Assembly: GCA_963812135.1 (NCBI GenBank)
Contig: CAWETU010000001.1
Location: 960,001 to 1,024,000 of the forward strand
DNA length: 64,000 bases
Direction: 5' to 3'
Source of the DNA: Vulcanimicrobiota bacterium
GTDB lineage: Bacteria; Vulcanimicrobiota; Vulcanimicrobiia; Eremiobacterales; Eremiobacteraceae
Shown: positions 1-10,078 of the stretch, in pieces
Layout of the letters: each line of letters starts with the position of its first letter
How positions within the stretch are numbered: position 1 is the stretch's first letter
The notes under the pieces: generated by a model
Database searches by the model: none
Seen by the model: the letters and a program-made list of their open reading frames with translations, nothing else
Told to the model about the DNA's origin: nothing
Position numbers and translations under genes: made by a program

Positions 1-659
1 ACAAACACACATTGCCGGGGTATGGCTGGATCTTTCCGGCGGGCGACGGGCTCGCGAACGTCGGCATCGGCATCTTCGTCGGCGAGCTGCGCCGCTCGAA
101 GAAGAAGATGCGCGAACTGCTTGACGAGTTTCTCGCGCATTCGCCGCGCATCGTCGAACGCTGCGCAGGCGCGAAGCCCGTCGGCCGCGCGATCGGCTGG
201 CCGTTGCCGGTGTCGAGCGCGCACCGGCCGACTGTGTTCGATAATGCGATGCTCGTCGGCGACGCGGCTTCACTGGTGGACCCGCTGACCGGCGAAGGCA
301 TCTACACCGCGCTCGTGTCAGGCCGTAGCGCTGCCCGCGCGGCGTTGGGAGCGCTGGCGTCGGGCGACGCGTCGCACGCAGCGTTGCGGATCCACGAGCG
401 CGAATGGCGGGCCGAAGCGGGCGGCTACCTCTCCAGCGGGCGGCTGCTCAAGAATCTTGCGAAGAGCCCGGCGCTGCTCGACCTCATCATCCGCCGTGCG
501 GCGCAAAGCGAGTACTATGCGAGCCGCGCGATCGGTTACGGCCTCGGGACGCTCGACCGGCGGCGCGCGCTGCGCTCGATCGTCATGAAAGCCATCTTCA
601 ACCCGTCGTTTTTCAAGGTCCGCAGGCGGGACGAGGCGATGCCAGCTGCGGGCGGTTGA
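1..659 (+). CDS. Geranylgeranyl reductase-family FAD-dependent oxidoreductase (5'-truncated by window)
   Basis: PGYGWIFP, ANVGIG and LVGDAASLVDPLTGEGI motifs typical of the GGR family; frame open from window start. Confidence 0.85.
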   Translation, partial: KHTLPGYGWIFPAGDGLANVGIGIFVGELRRSKKKMRELLDEFLAHSPRIVERCAGAKPVGRAIGWPLPVSSAHRPTVFDNAMLVGDAASLVDPLTGEGIYTALVSGRSAARAALGALASGDASHAALRIHEREWRAEAGGYLSSGRLLKNLAKSPALLDLIIRRAAQSEYYASRAIGYGLGTLDRRRALRSIVMKAIFNPSFFKVRRRDEAMPAAGG

Positions 660-695
660 AACTTTTCCTCGAAGGTACCATTAAGGTAGGACGCT

Positions 696-1130
696 ATGAC
701 GAATGAGCCCGCCATGACCAACGACCCCACCCAAGCCCAGCTTCCGCCGCCGCCGGTCATGCCAGTGGAACGGCCATTGCCGGACCGTCTTCAAGCCGAG
801 GCGCGCACATGGGCGATGCTCTGCCACCTTTCGTCCATCAGCGGCTACATCGGCTTGCCGTTCGGACATTTGATCGGACCGCTCATCGTGTGGCTGGTCA
901 AGAAGGACCAGTTTCCGCTCGTCGATGACCAGGGTAAGGAATCGCTGAACTTCCAGATCTCGATGACGATCTACGGCGTCGTCGCGCTGATCCTGTCCTT
1001 TTTGCTCATCGGGATCCCATTGCTGGTCCTGATCGCGCTCGGAGACCTCGTGTTCGTGATCATCGCTGCGATCGAGGCGAATAAAGGCGTTCCGTATCGC
1101 TATCCGTTCACGATCCGCTTTTTGACTTAA
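696..1130 (+). CDS. DUF4870 (Tic20-like) membrane protein
   Basis: WAMLCHLS, GPLIVWL, GKESLNFQIS and YRYPFTIRF motifs. Confidence 0.85.
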   Translation: MTNEPAMTNDPTQAQLPPPPVMPVERPLPDRLQAEARTWAMLCHLSSISGYIGLPFGHLIGPLIVWLVKKDQFPLVDDQGKESLNFQISMTIYGVVALILSFLLIGIPLLVLIALGDLVFVIIAAIEANKGVPYRYPFTIRFLT

Positions 1131-1761
1131 GAAAGCGTTTCGCGCTCGGGCACAGATCGACGAGCACGCAGCGCGCGCACTCCGGATTGCGCGCGTGACA
1201 GACCTCGCGGCCGTGATGGATCAGCCAGTGATGCGCCTGCGACCACTCTGCCCGCGGAACCACTTTCATCAGCTGACGTTCTGACTGCGCAGGCGTGCGC
1301 GCGCGCGTAAGACCGGTTCGATTCGCGACGCGGAAGACGTGGGTGTCGACCGCGATCGCATCTTGCGCGAATCCGACGGCCAGCACGACGTTGGCGGTCT
1401 TGCGGCCGACACCCGGCAGCTCCAGTAGCTGCTCCATCGTGTTCGGCACTTTGCCGTCGTGGTGTTCCACGATGAGGCGGCTCGCCGCGATGATGTTCTT
1501 GGCTTTGGTGGTGAACAGCCCGCACGTCTTGATGAAAGGTTCAAGGTCCTCAGGCTCCGCCGCTGCCATTGCCTCGGCGGTCGGATAGCGCGCGAAGAGC
1601 GCCGGCGTCACCATGTTCACGCGCGCATCGGTGCATTGCGCCGAGAGTATGACCGCGACGAGCAGTTGGAACGTGTCGCCGTATTCCAGCGCGGTCTCGG
1701 CATGGGCGTACGTCGTGTGCAGGCGCTCCAGGATCGCTGCGTCACGCTGCGCTTTTGTCAG
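1108..1761 (-). CDS. nth: Endonuclease III
   Basis: LLVAVILSAQCTD, HhH LPGVGRKTA, VDTHVFRV, C-x6-C-x2-C-x5-C FeS motif; start uncertain (CTG at 1761 overlapping the mutY stop, or 1842 in the ORF track). Confidence 0.93.
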   Translation of the reverse strand: MTKAQRDAAILERLHTTYAHAETALEYGDTFQLLVAVILSAQCTDARVNMVTPALFARYPTAEAMAAAEPEDLEPFIKTCGLFTTKAKNIIAASRLIVEHHDGKVPNTMEQLLELPGVGRKTANVVLAVGFAQDAIAVDTHVFRVANRTGLTRARTPAQSERQLMKVVPRAEWSQAHHWLIHHGREVCHARNPECARCVLVDLCPSAKRFLKSKSGS

Positions 1762-2657
1762 GGCAGGGCGGCGCGCGTCCTTGTCCGGTTGAGCGCGACC
1801 AGCCCGTCGCGTTCGAGATCGAGCAGCAGATCTTCCAACCACGGCAAGTCGCTTTTGCCAAAGCCTACTTTTACCTGCGGTCCGAGGCGCATGAGGTCCA
1901 TACTGCGGGCGTCGACAAGCGCGCGGATGACGCGGCCGCGCTGTTGCCGCCTCGAGCCTTCAAACCGTTCCGTTCGGCCTGTAGCGGTCGAATTTATTCG
2001 ACCGGCGCCCCGACGTTTGAACGCGCACGCATTGCGCAACGGACACTCCGCGCAAGCGGGCTTCGCCCGGCAGAACATCGCGCCGATATCCATCAGCGCG
2101 TGGTTCCACGTCGCCGCATTTCTTGGAAGGACGCCAGCCGCGAGACGCCATGCTGTCGCGTCATCCGCACGGTCGACGCCGAGCAGCGCGCGCGACAGCA
2201 CGCGGCGCACGTTGACGTCAACCGCTGCTTCGCGCGCGCCGAACGCGAAGCTCGCGATCGCGCCTGCGGTGTAGCGCCCGATACCGGGCAGCGATCGCAA
2301 CGCGTCGATTTCGCGCGGCATGCGGCCGCCGTGATGCGCGACGATGTCGCGCGCGCACTGCCAGAGATTTCGCGCGCGGCGATTGTACCCAAGGCCAGAC
2401 CAACAACGCAAAACGTCGCGCAGCGGTGCCTGCGCGAGCGCGCGCGCCCTGGGAAAGCTTTTCAAGAACTCATGGTACTTTGGAATGACGCGAGACACTT
2501 GCGTCTGCTGGAGCATGATCTCCGAGACCAAGATCGCATACGGATCTCGCGTACGTCGCCAGGGCAGGTCGCGCCGATGGCGCCGATACCAGCGCAACAC
2601 GAGTCGCCGTATTGGAGCGGTCGAGTTTACTCGACCGTTCGTAGCTGTCGAATTCAT
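1758..2657 (-). CDS. mutY: A/G-specific adenine glycosylase (short form)
   Basis: RDLPWR, VSEIMLQQTQV, WSGLGY, LPGIGRYTA, 4-Cys FeS motif; start 2657 (ATG) or 2687. Confidence 0.92.
   Translation of the reverse strand: MNSTATNGRVNSTAPIRRLVLRWYRRHRRDLPWRRTRDPYAILVSEIMLQQTQVSRVIPKYHEFLKSFPRARALAQAPLRDVLRCWSGLGYNRRARNLWQCARDIVAHHGGRMPREIDALRSLPGIGRYTAGAIASFAFGAREAAVDVNVRRVLSRALLGVDRADDATAWRLAAGVLPRNAATWNHALMDIGAMFCRAKPACAECPLRNACAFKRRGAGRINSTATGRTERFEGSRRQQRGRVIRALVDARSMDLMRLGPQVKVGFGKSDLPWLEDLLLDLERDGLVALNRTRTRAALP
1981..2003 (+). repeat. REP-like palindrome family A (GTAGCGGTCGAATTTATTCGACC) inside mutY
   Basis: GTAG tetranucleotide plus perfect 8-bp inverted repeat; similar copies at six or more other sites. 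Confidence 0.85.
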
Positions 2658-2663
2658 GCGACC
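2614..2663 (+). repeat. Tandem pair of family A REP-like palindromes at the mutY 5' end
   Basis: GGAGCGGTCGAGTTTACTCGACC (2614-2636) and GTAGCTGTCGAATTCATGCGACC (2641-2663). Confidence 0.8.
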
Positions 2664-2664
2664 C

Positions 2665-3447
2665 TTAAACGTGGATCGCGCCTTCAAGATACAGCGCGGC
2701 GCGCCCGGCGATATTTACGCGATCGCCGCGATCCTCGCAGAATAGCTCGCCGCCGCGTTTGGACAGCTGCAGGGCGCGCAACGGATTGCGATTGAGACGC
2801 TTCGACCAATATGGGATCAGCATGCAATGCGCGGAGCCTGTGACCGGGTCTTCCGGTATGCCTTGCTTCGGCGCGAAAAAGCGCGACACGAAATCCACGT
2901 CCTTTCCGGGCGCCGTGCAGATGAACGCGCGCACGTCTTCGATCTCAGCCAAACGGGCCGTGTCGGGTTTGAGCGCCCGGATCTCAGCTTCGCTGCCGAA
3001 CACCGCCATATAGTCCGTTCCCTTGAAGACGGCTTCGGGTTTCGCACCGAGCGCGTCGATCAGCCCGGGCGGCGGTTCGCTGCGGACGGCAGGCACGGCG
3101 GGAAAATCCATGACCAACGTGTCGTCTTGCCGGCTCACGCTCAACGGACCGCTTTTCGACGAAAACGTCACTGAGGTTCGCGATGGCTCCAGGATATTGA
3201 ACACCGCGTAGGCGCTTGCCAGTGTCGCGTGGCCGCACAGCGCGACTTCGACTGCGGGCGTGAACCAGCGGATCGCGTACTGGCCGTTAGACGGCACGAT
3301 GAACGCAGTCTCAGAAAGGTTGTTCTCCAAGGCGATCGACTGCATCATCGCGTCGGGCAGCCACGCGTCGAGCGGACACACGGCGGCCGGATTGCCGCCG
3401 AAGACCTTTCCGGTGAAGGCATCGATTTGATACAACGGAATCTTCAT
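2665..3447 (-). CDS. PhzF-family isomerase
   Basis: QIDAFT..GGNPAAV, NLSETAF, EVALCGHATLA, EDPVTGSAHC; ATG at 3447. Confidence 0.92.
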   Translation of the reverse strand: MKIPLYQIDAFTGKVFGGNPAAVCPLDAWLPDAMMQSIALENNLSETAFIVPSNGQYAIRWFTPAVEVALCGHATLASAYAVFNILEPSRTSVTFSSKSGPLSVSRQDDTLVMDFPAVPAVRSEPPPGLIDALGAKPEAVFKGTDYMAVFGSEAEIRALKPDTARLAEIEDVRAFICTAPGKDVDFVSRFFAPKQGIPEDPVTGSAHCMLIPYWSKRLNRNPLRALQLSKRGGELFCEDRGDRVNIAGRAALYLEGAIHV

Positions 3448-3495
3448 GCTCGCCGGGCTTCGCTGCTGAAGCCGGACGTCATTTTGGACACGTGG

Positions 3496-4308
3496 ATGAG
3501 CGCGCGCATCTGGCTTGGTGCTATGGGATGGCAAGAAAAGGACTGGGTCGGTCCTTTCTATCCGGTCGACACGACGCCGAAAGATATGCTCGCGCAGTAC
3601 GGCCGTTCGCTCTCGTCCGTTGAAGTCGACTCATCGTTCTACGGTCGGCCGCGCGCCACAACCGTCGATGAATGGAATGCCGCTGCGCCGGCGGATTTTC
3701 GCTTCTCGCTGAAAGTGCCGCGTGAAGTGACGCACAAGCGGCGCTTCAAAGATGTCGGCGAATACTTCGGCTTCTTCGTGGAGCGCGTGCGCACGCTCGG
3801 TCCCAAGCTCGGGGCGATCCTGATGCAATGCCCGCCTGACTTCGGGCCGTCGGCCGGCAATCGCAGCAGTTTATTCGAATTCATCGACACGTATGCCCCG
3901 GGCGATGTGAAGCTCGCGCTCGAGCTGCGCGACGCCGGCTGGTTCGACGATGCGCTGTTTGCGCTCGCACGCGAGAAACGCGTGGCGGTTGTGGCTGCCG
4001 AGAGCGAACGTTTCGATGTCACAGCCGCGTCAGACATCCTACGTAGGCAGCGTGGCGGCGCCGACTTCCTCTACTGCCGTTGGATGAGCGATGTGCCGTT
4101 CGAGCATTTCGATCAGATACGAGTGGACCGCAGCGAATCGCTCGCGGCCTGGGCTGCGGTGCTGGCTGAAGAACGCAAGCACGTTGCCGATATCTATGGA
4201 TATGTCAGCGATGATTACGCCGGTCACGCCCCAGCGACGGTCCGCGATCTACTCGCTCGACTCGGCGAGAACGCGCCGCCCGACATCACCACGCCGACGC
4301 TCTTCTGA
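3496..4308 (+). CDS. DUF72 domain protein
   Basis: WVGPFYP, SVEVDSSFY, FRFSLKVPREVTH, LELRD motifs; ATG at 3496. Confidence 0.88.
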   Translation: MSARIWLGAMGWQEKDWVGPFYPVDTTPKDMLAQYGRSLSSVEVDSSFYGRPRATTVDEWNAAAPADFRFSLKVPREVTHKRRFKDVGEYFGFFVERVRTLGPKLGAILMQCPPDFGPSAGNRSSLFEFIDTYAPGDVKLALELRDAGWFDDALFALAREKRVAVVAAESERFDVTAASDILRRQRGGADFLYCRWMSDVPFEHFDQIRVDRSESLAAWAAVLAEERKHVADIYGYVSDDYAGHAPATVRDLLARLGENAPPDITTPTLF

Positions 4309-4320
4309 CGGCGCTCACGC

Positions 4321-4345
4321 AGGAAGCCGCTCCACCTGATGGAAA
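4321..4345 (+). promoter_or_regulatory. Sigma-H-like promoter (AGGA-N17-GAAA)
   Basis: AGG 4321-4323, GAA 4342-4344; same spacing recurs before other genes. Confidence 0.5.
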
Positions 4346-4378
4346 CATGCTGAAACGGGGAAAGGTATCTTCTAAAGC

Positions 4379-6208
4379 GTGATCCTCAACGACATCGAGG
4401 TCCTCTTCGGCGGCCAAGCCGGCGACGGCAGCCTTACGACCGGCGACCTCATCGCCACGGTCTTCAAGCGCATGGGCCTTGACGTCTACACGTTCAAGGA
4501 CTTCCCGTCGCGCATCCGCGGCGGCCACACGAATTACATCATCCGCGCGGGCGAGCACCCGCACTATGGCGTCGCCGATTACATCGACGCGATGATCGCG
4601 TTCGATCTTGAGTGCGTCGAGAAGCACATCGACGAGATGCGCCCTGGCGGATTTGTCATCTTCGATAACACGGATGAGCAGTTGACCGATGCGGTGCGGC
4701 GTGCCGACGTGCGCTACTACGAAGTGCCGCTCGCGAAAATCGCTAAAGAAGTGCTCGGACTCGAGCTCGTGCGCAACACGATCTCGCTCGGCGTCTTGAG
4801 CCAGCTCACCGGCATGGATCCGGCGATTGTGCGTCAGCTGGTCACGCGCCAATACGAGCGCAAAGGCGAGAAAGTCGTCAACCAGAACATCGGCGCAGTC
4901 GAAGCGGGCGAGAACTACGTCAAAGAACATTTCGCGGACGCGCCGAGCGGTTACGGACTCAAAGCCAAGCCCGACGTCAATCGCCTCATCATGATGGGCA
5001 ACGACGCGATTGGCTATGGCGCGCTGGCCGCGGGCTGCCGCTTTATGGCCGGCTATCCGATCACGCCGGCGACCGACATCCTCGAATGGATGGCCAAGCA
5101 CGCGCCCAAGTACGGCGGCGTGGTCATCCAAGCCGAAGACGAACTCGCCGCCATCAACATGGTCATCGGCGCGGCCTACGCGGGCACACGCGCGATGACT
5201 GCAACCTCCGGCCCAGGCCAGGCGCTCATGACCGAAGGCATCGGCCTTGCGGGCGTCACCGAGACGCCGATCGTCGTCATCGAGTGCGCGCGCGCCGGGC
5301 CGTCCACCGGCATGCCGACCAAGACCGAGCAGAGCAACCTCAACCATCTGATCTTCTCGGGGCACGGCGAGATCCCACGCGTGGTGCTGGCACCTGGGTC
5401 GGTCGAGGAATCATTTTACATCACCGTGTCTGCGTTCAACCTCGCCGAGAAGTATCAAGTGCCGGTATTCATCATCAGCGAGCAGGCGCTGTGCCAGAGC
5501 AAGGAGACGACGCCGAAGCTCGACCTCTCAGCTGTGACCGTCGACCGCGGCAAGCTGCATCGCAATGGTCCGCTGACGTTTGGCGAGTACAAGCGCTACG
5601 AATTCACCGAGGACGGCGTTTCGCCGCGCGCGATCCCGGGCACCGAAGGCGGCATGCACCTCGTGCCCGGATCCGAACACAACGACATGGGCGTGATCAC
5701 CGAAGATGCGCGCAACCGCGTGAAGATCATGGACAAGCGCATGCACAAGCTCGAGTCCATGCGGCCGGACCTGCCCAAGGCGATCGTGCACGGCGACCGC
5801 AGCGCGGGCGTCGCGTTCATCGGGTACGGCAGCAACCGCGGACCGATCAGCGAGGCCCAAGACAGGCTCACAGAAGCGGGCATTCCCTCACGCTTCTTGC
5901 AGCTGCGCACGCTGTGGCCGTTCCCCGAAGACGAAGTGCGCGAGTTCCTCAAATACGCGCACCATATCTTCGTGGTCGAGAACAACATGACCGGACAAGT
6001 GGAGCGGCTGGTGCGCTACGTGACCGGACCGTTGCCGAACATGCACCGGGTGCTCAAGTACAACGGCCGCCCGTTCCGCCCGATCGAGATCATCGAAGCG
6101 GTGCTGAAGATCGTGCCGCACACCAACGGCGCCGTCCCCGATCGCGCGAGCGCGATCGTAGAACCCGAGCGAAGCTCGGGTGCCGGTGCGAGCGCAGCTC
6201 GCGCCTAA
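4379..6208 (+). CDS. 2-oxoacid:ferredoxin oxidoreductase alpha subunit (gamma-alpha fusion)
   Basis: GGQAGDG, SRIRGGH, GYPITPAT, QAEDELAA, ATSGPG, RAGPSTGMPT. Confidence 0.95.
   Translation: MILNDIEVLFGGQAGDGSLTTGDLIATVFKRMGLDVYTFKDFPSRIRGGHTNYIIRAGEHPHYGVADYIDAMIAFDLECVEKHIDEMRPGGFVIFDNTDEQLTDAVRRADVRYYEVPLAKIAKEVLGLELVRNTISLGVLSQLTGMDPAIVRQLVTRQYERKGEKVVNQNIGAVEAGENYVKEHFADAPSGYGLKAKPDVNRLIMMGNDAIGYGALAAGCRFMAGYPITPATDILEWMAKHAPKYGGVVIQAEDELAAINMVIGAAYAGTRAMTATSGPGQALMTEGIGLAGVTETPIVVIECARAGPSTGMPTKTEQSNLNHLIFSGHGEIPRVVLAPGSVEESFYITVSAFNLAEKYQVPVFIISEQALCQSKETTPKLDLSAVTVDRGKLHRNGPLTFGEYKRYEFTEDGVSPRAIPGTEGGMHLVPGSEHNDMGVITEDARNRVKIMDKRMHKLESMRPDLPKAIVHGDRSAGVAFIGYGSNRGPISEAQDRLTEAGIPSRFLQLRTLWPFPEDEVREFLKYAHHIFVVENNMTGQVERLVRYVTGPLPNMHRVLKYNGRPFRPIEIIEAVLKIVPHTNGAVPDRASAIVEPERSSGAGASAARA
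6158..6205 (+). repeat. REP-like doublet family B (GTAG-NN-CCCGAGCGAAGCTCGGG plus second hairpin) in the alpha subunit 3' end
   Basis: Two adjacent hairpins; related doublets at 18910 and 34807. Confidence 0.7.
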
Positions 6209-6216
6209 AGGAAACC

Positions 6217-7087
6217 ATGGCCACTCAACTGACCCCCAAAGATTTCGCGACCGCCACGCCGTCGTGGTGGTGCGCCGGGTGTGGCGACTTCGGCGTGCTT
6301 GCCGCTCTCAAGCAGGCGTGCGCCGAGCTCGGACTGCAGCCCAAAGACGTCGCCTTCATCTCGGGCATCGGCTGCTCGGGGAAGATCTCCGGCTATCTTC
6401 ATTCATATGCGTTCCACGGCGTGCACGGACGTGCGTTGCCGACGGCCACCGCGGTCAAGCTCGCGAACCGCGATCTGACGGTCATCGTCGCGGGTGGCGA
6501 TGGCGATGGCTACGCGATCGGCGCCGGCCACTTCTTGCACGCGGTGCGCCGCAATCCGAACATGACGTACATCGTGATGGACAACCAGACCTACGGCCTG
6601 ACCAAAGGGCAATCGTCGCCGACCAGCATGTTGGGATATCTGTCGGGCACGAGCCCGGCTGGCAATCCGGATGCGCCGCTCAACGGACTCGCGGTCGCAC
6701 TCGCGGCCGGCGGCACGTTCATCGCTCGCGCCTTCTCGTCGGAGCCCAAAGCCATGGTCGAAATGATTGTGGAGGCCGTGCGTCACCCGGGATTTTCTAT
6801 CGTCGAGGTGATGTCGCCGTGCGTGACCTTCAATAAGGTCAACACGTACAAGTGGTTCAAAGAGAACGTCTACCACATGAGCGACGTCGAGAATTATGAT
6901 TCTACCAACCGCGCACGAGCGTTTGAGATCTTGATGCAGACCGGCAAGATCCCGCTTGGCGTGTTCTACCGTGAGACGCGGCCAACATTCGACGATCTAA
7001 CGCTCAAAGATGGCACCGCGATCGCGAACCTAGATATAGAGAGCATCAACCCGATCGCTCGCTGCGCTCCAAGAAGCTTACACGTAG
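6217..7087 (+). CDS. 2-oxoacid:ferredoxin oxidoreductase beta subunit (ThDP-binding); probable indel near 7050
   Basis: WCAGCGDF, SGIGCSG, HGVHGR, GGDGDG..IG, DNQTYGLTKGQ. In frame it reads to 7113, but a shifted frame gives a more natural end, LAALQEAYT*, at 7087. Confidence 0.92.
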
Positions 7088-7118
7088 TCGGTCCCAACCC
7101 AAATATCCGTTAACCGCC

Positions 7119-7147
7119 AAAAAAAAGACGACCGCGTAACGGTCGTC
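7119..7147 (-). terminator. Intrinsic terminator for the minus-strand lipoprotein gene
   Basis: GACGACCG/CGGTCGTC stem with an A8 run on the plus strand (U8 tail on minus). Confidence 0.75.
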
Positions 7148-7171
7148 CTCTCGTTTGGGTTGGCGCGTGGT

Positions 7172-8131
7172 CTACGGGCCAAAGGCGAGCGAGAATGGGA
7201 AGCTCAATCCGTTCTGGAGCAAGCCGATCTGCGAAGAACTGCCCGCCCCGAATGGCGGCACAAAATCGCCGATGCCGAACTCGTTGGTGCCTAATGGCGG
7301 GGGCGGCGGTGCGGGACCATCGGCTCCGAACGTGGTCCACAGGTTGCCTGCCGCATCCGTGGTCGAATTGAGCGCTTCGCGCGCCGGCAATTGCCGGTTG
7401 CGAACGTTGCGGATTGGTCGACGCGTACGTGCCGGCGGATGCAGCCGATGGCTAGCTCCGTCGCCTGGCCGACATTAGATTGTAGTGCAACGATGCCGAT
7501 GCCACCAGTGAACGTCGGCATGTTCATTGGCGGACGGCGTGTTAACACCATCGTGAAGGGGGGCTGAAAACACGACAACCTGTTGGAATCCGAACGAATG
7601 GGACAACATGTGGCCAGAACTATCAAACACCACACCGACTGGTCGCATCCGAAAGCTGCCGTGGACATCGCTCAAAGCTGGAGCTTGCGCACCGGCGGCA
7701 AACGGCGGGACGAATTTCATCAATTGCTGGCCTAACTCGTCGCCGACCCAGAGGTTGCCGGCCGCATCGAAACTGATCCCTTCCGGAGTGCCCGCGCCCG
7801 TTATTGGACCGATGACCAGAAATGGCAGTGCTCGTGGCCGAAACCGGCGATTTGTAGACGCTAATCGTTTGGTTGAATGAATTGGAGACGTAGAGGTTGC
7901 CCGCCGAATCAAAGGCGACGCCGAACGGGATCTCCAGCGCCGGCAATCGTGAAGCTACGGCATAGATGTCGACGCTATCGGCTGGTTAAACACCAGCAAC
8001 CCATTGTTCAGGTCTGCGACAAACAACTGCGCCGATGCAGGCGGTGGAATCGAGATAACGGGACTCTTCGAGCAACCCGCGATCGCTGCGAAAGAGAGCA
8101 CGCCAAGCACGAAAAGACCAAATCGTTTCAC
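7172..8131 (-). pseudogene. Frameshifted NHL/Vgb-like beta-propeller lipoprotein (possibly intact, with sequencing indels)
   Basis: GTG 8131 with GGAGG RBS reads VKRFGLFVLGVLSFAAIAGC-SKSP (lipobox); propeller repeats PFGVAFDSAGNLYVSN, PEGISFDAAGNLWVG and PVGVVFDSSG split across frames; ends PFSLAFGP*. Confidence 0.7.
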
Positions 8132-8167
8132 AGGAAACCTCCATGCGGCTCATCGTCGTCGGGAGCC

Positions 8168-8192
8168 ATTCGGCGCCCTATCGTCTAGGCCT
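8168..8192 (-). promoter_or_regulatory. Sigma-H-like promoter (AGGC-N17-GAAT)
   Basis: Minus-strand AGG 8192-8190 and GAAT 8171-8168, upstream of the 8131 start. Confidence 0.5.
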
Positions 8193-8412
8193 TGCAGAGG
8201 TCATTGAAAACCGCCGGCGGGGCCTAGGGGGAATCCAGCCGACCGGGCCTGAGGACTATCGGCCCCGCGAGTGTATTAGGGACTGAACGCCGCGCTCGGA
8301 TTGCCGATACGGGTAAGCAGAATGCCGGATTGCGACCCTCCGAACCGCCTAGGGTCGGCTGGCGCCAGGGTCAAGGTCTCAGGCGGGACGATACCCCGCA
8401 CCCGAAGCGTGT

Positions 8413-8437
8413 AGGAAAGCGCGGCAGGCGGTGGAAT
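8413..8437 (+). promoter_or_regulatory. Sigma-H-like promoter (AGGA-N17-GAAT)
   Basis: Exact match to the Bacillus sigma-H core consensus, upstream of the 8485 start. Confidence 0.55.
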
Positions 8438-8484
8438 CTGGGGTGGGACGCGATTTCGACAGCGCCCTGATAAGGAGTGCCACT

Positions 8485-9409
8485 GTGCGATTATTTGCTA
8501 CTCGAGCATTATTTTTTCTGCTGTCAACAGCAGCGATCGCCGGGTGCTCCAAGAGCCCCACAATCAGTATTCCGCCGCCGCCGCCGCCCAGAATGTACAT
8601 GGCCGATTTGAATACCGGCCTCCTGGCGTTCAGCCAACCAGTTGGGGCGACGAGCACGCCGCTATTCTCGCTTATCTCAGGAACCCAGGATTCGGGTCTC
8701 GCGGTTGACAGCACCGGCCGGCTCTTCGTCTCGCACTATACTACCTCGACGATCGACGTCTACACGCAACCCATCACTGCGACGAGCATTCCGAGTTTCA
8801 CGATCGGTCCGGTGGCGATCGGAAACATCTCCGGGATCACCATCGACTCGCACGGAAATCTCTGGGGCGCCTCCGAGTTCTCCCACGAGCTCTTCATGAT
8901 CGCGCCGCCGTTCGCCGCTGGTCCACACGCCAGAGCATTTCCAGGGTCGCACGTCTCCCGGGCGGTGGCAGTTGCCTCGACCTTGCCAAAAGCCAAGAGC
9001 CGCTAAAGACAGCGGAAACCGGGTTCGGGGCCGTTCACATTCCCCGGTCCCAAGTCTGGCGGGGACATCACGCTTCCGACGAACGCAGCTGGGCTTGGCA
9101 TCGATACGCACGACCATCTCATCATCGGCCTCGATGGTGGCAAGGTGAACGAAATGAAACCGCCGTTTTCGCCACCGGCAACACGCCGGCTGCTTTATCA
9201 CGGCGCCGATCATCAACGGTGGCCCCACGTCCGAACCGCTGCACTCTGCATTCGATGCAACCGGCAACCTATACGTTCCATACGGCGCACACGGCTCAGC
9301 GACTGCGGGGCTTGGGGTGTACGCGCCGCCGTTCGGCGGGAGCAGCGCTCCGATTTTCGTCTTGAACGCGGGCATGAGCTTCCCGTTCGGCGTGGCTTTC
9401 GCCCAGTAA
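8485..9409 (+). pseudogene. Frameshifted NHL/Vgb-like beta-propeller lipoprotein, paralog of 7172-8131
   Basis: AAGGAG RBS, GTG 8485, lipobox IAGC-SKSP, GLAVDSTGRLFVS, GITIDSHGNLW; continues in shifted frames to PFGVAFAQ* at 9409. Confidence 0.72.
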
Positions 9410-9431
9410 CCCCCAACCATACGAAGGCTTG

Positions 9432-9463
9432 AGCCGCCGTGCTATCACGGCGGCTTCTTTTTT
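9432..9463 (+). terminator. Intrinsic terminator
   Basis: AGCCGCCGTG-CTAT-CACGGCGGCT followed by TCTTTTTT. Confidence 0.85.
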
Positions 9464-9524
9464 GAAGAGCCCCTTTAGCCTAGCGCGAGGGGATGGTGGA
9501 AAAAGCCAGCGAAGCCGCTGGGCG

Positions 9525-10078
9525 GTGAAACAACGAGGTGGCGATCATCGGAGGAGGGGTCGCGGGCCTCTCCTCGGCGATTTTCTTGGCCCGCGCCGAC
9601 GTGCGGGTGGCGGCCTTCGATCAATCTGAATCAAGCCTGTATCGGGTCTCGAAAGTGAATAACTACTTGGGATTCCCCGATGGCATCAGCGGGGCCGAGC
9701 TTATAGACCTTGGCCGCCGCCAAGCTGCACGCTTCGGCGCCGAGGTCAGCGACGAAAATGTGACGTCCTGCGCCCCTGCCGAGGGAGGCTTTGAGGTGAC
9801 GGCCGACGCGCGGCGCGCCTACGCCGACTTCATACATCCTCGCTTCCAACAAGCGCACCGATATCGCCCGGTCACTGGGGCTGGAGCTCGGCGGCTTCGG
9901 CAACAAATTCGTCGGCGTCGATGCCGACGGTCAAACGGCCGTCGATCGTTGCTATGCCGCTGGCCGCATCACTGGGCTCCCAAGTCAAGCGATCGTCTCA
10001 GCGGGTGACGGCGCCAAAGTCGCGATCGCGATCATCCAGCGGATCCGCGGCGGATATTATGTCGACCACGATACGTAG
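9525..10078 (+). pseudogene. Short thioredoxin-reductase-like FAD/NAD(P)-dependent oxidoreductase with apparent indels
   Basis: VAIIGGGVAGLS and NNYLGFPDGISG; after a shift near 9832 it continues ILASNKR...CYAAGRI...QAIVSAGDGAKVAI...YVDHDT*. Confidence 0.75.

Noticed and set aside
5086..6216. Long N-terminal extensions in the ORF track (also at 3229, 9921, 32518, 36875, 37714)
   Set aside because: Extensions overlap upstream genes; downstream starts with RBS or stop-start coupling match family N-termini
8235..8362. Invertible promoter between the divergent lipoprotein genes
   Set aside because: Each gene has its own promoter motif outside the inverted repeat and there is no recombinase in the window
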